Source of the DNA: Cycas panzhihuaensis
Taxonomy: Eukaryota; Plantae; Cycadophyta
Direction of reading: 5' to 3'
Assembly (NCBI GenBank): GCA_023213395.1
Contig: CM041465.1
Coordinates: 166,663,741 to 166,727,740, forward strand
Length of the DNA: 64,000 nt
Position 1 is the stretch's first letter, and the number at the start of each line of letters is the position of its first letter. The notes beneath the pieces are model-generated. The model did no database searches. It saw only the letters and a program-made list of their open reading frames with translations, and was not told the DNA's origin. Shown here piece after piece: positions 61,201-64,000 of the stretch. The position numbers and the translations under genes were made by a program.

Positions 61201-64000
61201 AGGGGTCCTCACTTCATCCCTAACTTTACATCTTGAAGGAAAGATTAAAAACACCACCATAATAGTTATAATTGATGGTGGGACAACACATCATTTTATT
61301 AATCGACAGGTAGTTGAGAATGTGAAACTTCATGTTGCCCCACTTGAGTAGTTCCAGGTGGCCATAGCTAGAGGGAATACCATGCCAAGTGGTGGTGTGT
61401 GTCCAAAGGTCTCCCTATCAATGCTCAATTACATATTGTAGGCCTCGATGTTTGTAATGTTAGTAGGAGGGGTTATGTTGTATTAGGTGTGCAATGGTTA
61501 AGGATTTTGGGCTTGATTGTGATGAATTATGTAGCATTTCAAAATATGGTCAAAACTATACCATGTAACCGTTCAAATCAAAGGTCTTTGAACAAGGATT
61601 CCAACGGTTCAGATGAAAGTTAATTATGACATCTATATCAAAAGTTATGATCGTTTAAAGTTTTCAGCCTGCTAGTTTTTGGAGAAGTTCTGGTTGACTT
61701 TTATTTGAGCAGTATTAAGAAGAATATTGCCCAGTTTGGTTGACTTCTATTTGAGTAGTATTAAGAAGAGCATCACTCAGTTTGGCTGACTTCTATTCTT
61801 ACTATTTTGATCACTATAAATAGGAAATTTGGGCCACATTCCAAGCCATCATTTAGAGATTTCTTTGGCTGTATATTTTCAGTTTTGGGGCTGCAATTAG
61901 CTTGCCCATTTGGGTGTATATTTTCAATTTTGGGGCTGCAATTAGCTTGCCCCTTGAATAAGGCAACTATTAGAAACTACTTTCCTATCACACCCATAAA
62001 TGAACTCTTAGATGAGTTGTATGGAACCCATTTCTTTACGAAAATTGATTTGAGATTGGGACATTATCAAATCCATATTAGAGTGCATGACACAACAAAA
62101 ATGACGTTCCACACTCATGAGGGGTACAATGAGTTTAGAGTTATGTTGTTAAGATTGATGAATGCATTGGCTACTTCTCAATCCACCATGAAAAATAGAG
62201 TTTTGTTTTCTTTGATGATATCTTGATCTATAGCAAGTGTTGGGAAGAGCATTTACAACATGTTCAACAAGTACTATGAACTCTCCAAGACAATGCATTA
62301 TTTGCCAACAAGGCTAATTGTACCTTTGAGAGGTAAGAAATGAAATACCTTGGCCAAATTATCTTTAATGACAGAGCCAAGATGGATCTAAAGAAAAATA
62401 AAAGCAATATTAGATTGGGCCACTCCTCCACATGTAATGAAGGTGAAGGGATTTTTAAGAGCTGTAGAGTTCTACAAAAGGTTTACCAAAGGTTACGATT
62501 ATACAGCGATCCTCCTTTTAGACCTAATAAAAAAGGATGTGTTTAAATGAGATGATCGAGCTGATAAATCATTCAATGACCTTAAGAATATTATAACAGC
62601 TCTGCTTGCTCTTGTTATGCTTGATTTCAAACAACCATTTGTCTTACAATATGATGCATTAGGGAAATGATTGGGTGCCATCTTAATATAAAATGGTTTA
62701 TACCTATGAAGGTCGCAAATTCAAGGGGAAAGAGAAAGCATGGCATATCTACAAAAGGGAGATGTTGGCCATTATCCATGCAATTATGAAATGTTTGCAA
62801 TATTTACTGGGCAACAAATTCCAAGTTATGATAGATCATGATAGTTTTAAATATTTTTTAAAACAACCTACTTTGTTAGAATAACAACAGAGATGGGTAA
62901 GCAAATTACAAGCCTTTGATTTTGAAATAATTTATGAAGGGCAAAAGGAATGTTGTTCTAGATGCACTAGCATGAAAAGATGAAGGATTGTCATTAACTA
63001 CCCTGTTTGTAATAGCTCCCACATGGATCACCATAATACAATAGGAATATATTGACGATGTGTCAATCCAAGAACTTATTCAATAATTTGAAGACAATGC
63101 GTAGTTGTGGGGTAAGATATTCGAATGGGAAAACAACATGTTTTGGTGTAAGGATTGAATCTACTTAGCACCCAAGTCTACATTTAAGAATACAACATTT
63201 AGGAATGTCATTCCACCCCTACTGCGAGACATATTGGGATAGACGAGACCTACAAAAGCATTAAGTGATCCTTCTTTTGGAGGGGGTTGAACAAAGACAT
63301 TCATTAGTTCATAATAGAATGTGATGCCTATTAGAGAAACAAGTTGGAGAAGGTTAAGACCTTGGGTCTTTTGTAGACATTATATGTTCTTGAGAAGAAA
63401 TGGGAAGAAATATCTATGGACTTTGTCAGAAGTTTGCCAAACTCATAAGGCAAGAATGTGATAATGGGGGTCATTGATCAACTTAACAAGTATGTTTTCT
63501 TCAGGGAGAACAACCTATTTTAACACTAGCAAAATTGTAGACATTTTTATAAAAGAGATCCATTGACTACATAGATTCCCAAAAATCATTGTGATTGATT
63601 AAGACATGAAATTCACAAGTGATTTTTAGAGAGAAACTTCCAATTTAATAGGAATTGAATTAAATATGAGCATTGCATACCATCCTCAAAGAGATGGTCA
63701 AACTAAAGTAGCGTGAATAAAAGTTTGGAAGAACACCTTGAGTGTTTCACATTAGATAAATGGTGACACTGGCGCAAGTGTTTACATTTGGACAAATGGT
63801 GGTATAATACTATATATCACATGACAATGCAAATGGCATCTTTTAAAATACTCTATGGTTATGACCCACCATTCCTAGTCCATGTTGTTACCAAGCCAAA
63901 AGTTCCAGTAGTGAAGGAGTAGATGGAAAAGATGGAGAGTATTCTTTGTAGTCTCAAGGATAATTTAATATCACAAGAAAGGGGATGAAGCAACTAAAGG

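Larger units (their letters stand above)
38610..64000 (+). mobile_element. old Ty3/gypsy element C, host of the nested insertions; runs off window end
   Basis: LTR-like 38610-~38875 (TGATACC start); PBS TGGTATCAGAGC 38878-38889; leader resumes across TSDs at 47249 and 59932; gag ~60.2-61.0 kb, protease IIDGGTTHHFI ~61270, RT (PINELLDEL, KIDLRLGHYQI), RH, IN (WEEISMDFV). LTR-to-pol linkage is inferred. Confidence 0.7.

Overview
AT-rich land-plant nuclear DNA (large-genome type), made mostly of nested, decayed transposons. There are four recognisable Ty1/copia elements (1-7227 -, 7563-12878 +, 32743-37581 +, 52766-58200 -) plus older copia/LTR remnants. There are four Ty3/gypsy elements (15487-19946 -, 39595-47248 -, 47303-59931 -, 38610->64000 +), a split hAT transposase pseudogene, LINE remnants and a tRNA-derived SINE. 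Three probable host exons lie on + (21736-21885, 21957-22193, 24618-24672). The last ends in ...KKLHVVFVLG, which suggests a UMP-CMP/adenylate kinase-family gene with a repetitive N-terminal extension and very large, TE-filled introns. The standout is a young, GC-rich, non-coding 996-bp insertion (2176-3171, TSD GGAAG) inside the first copia's protease region. It is a concatemer of four diverged micro-retroelement units (193-234 nt, 66-73-bp LTRs, tRNA PBS, short PPT) with the last unit inverted, so both integrated ends are U3 ends. It has a conserved TTTT in each LTR, Pol III-like boxes and a covarying RNA hairpin. All calls were made by eye; no database searches were run.
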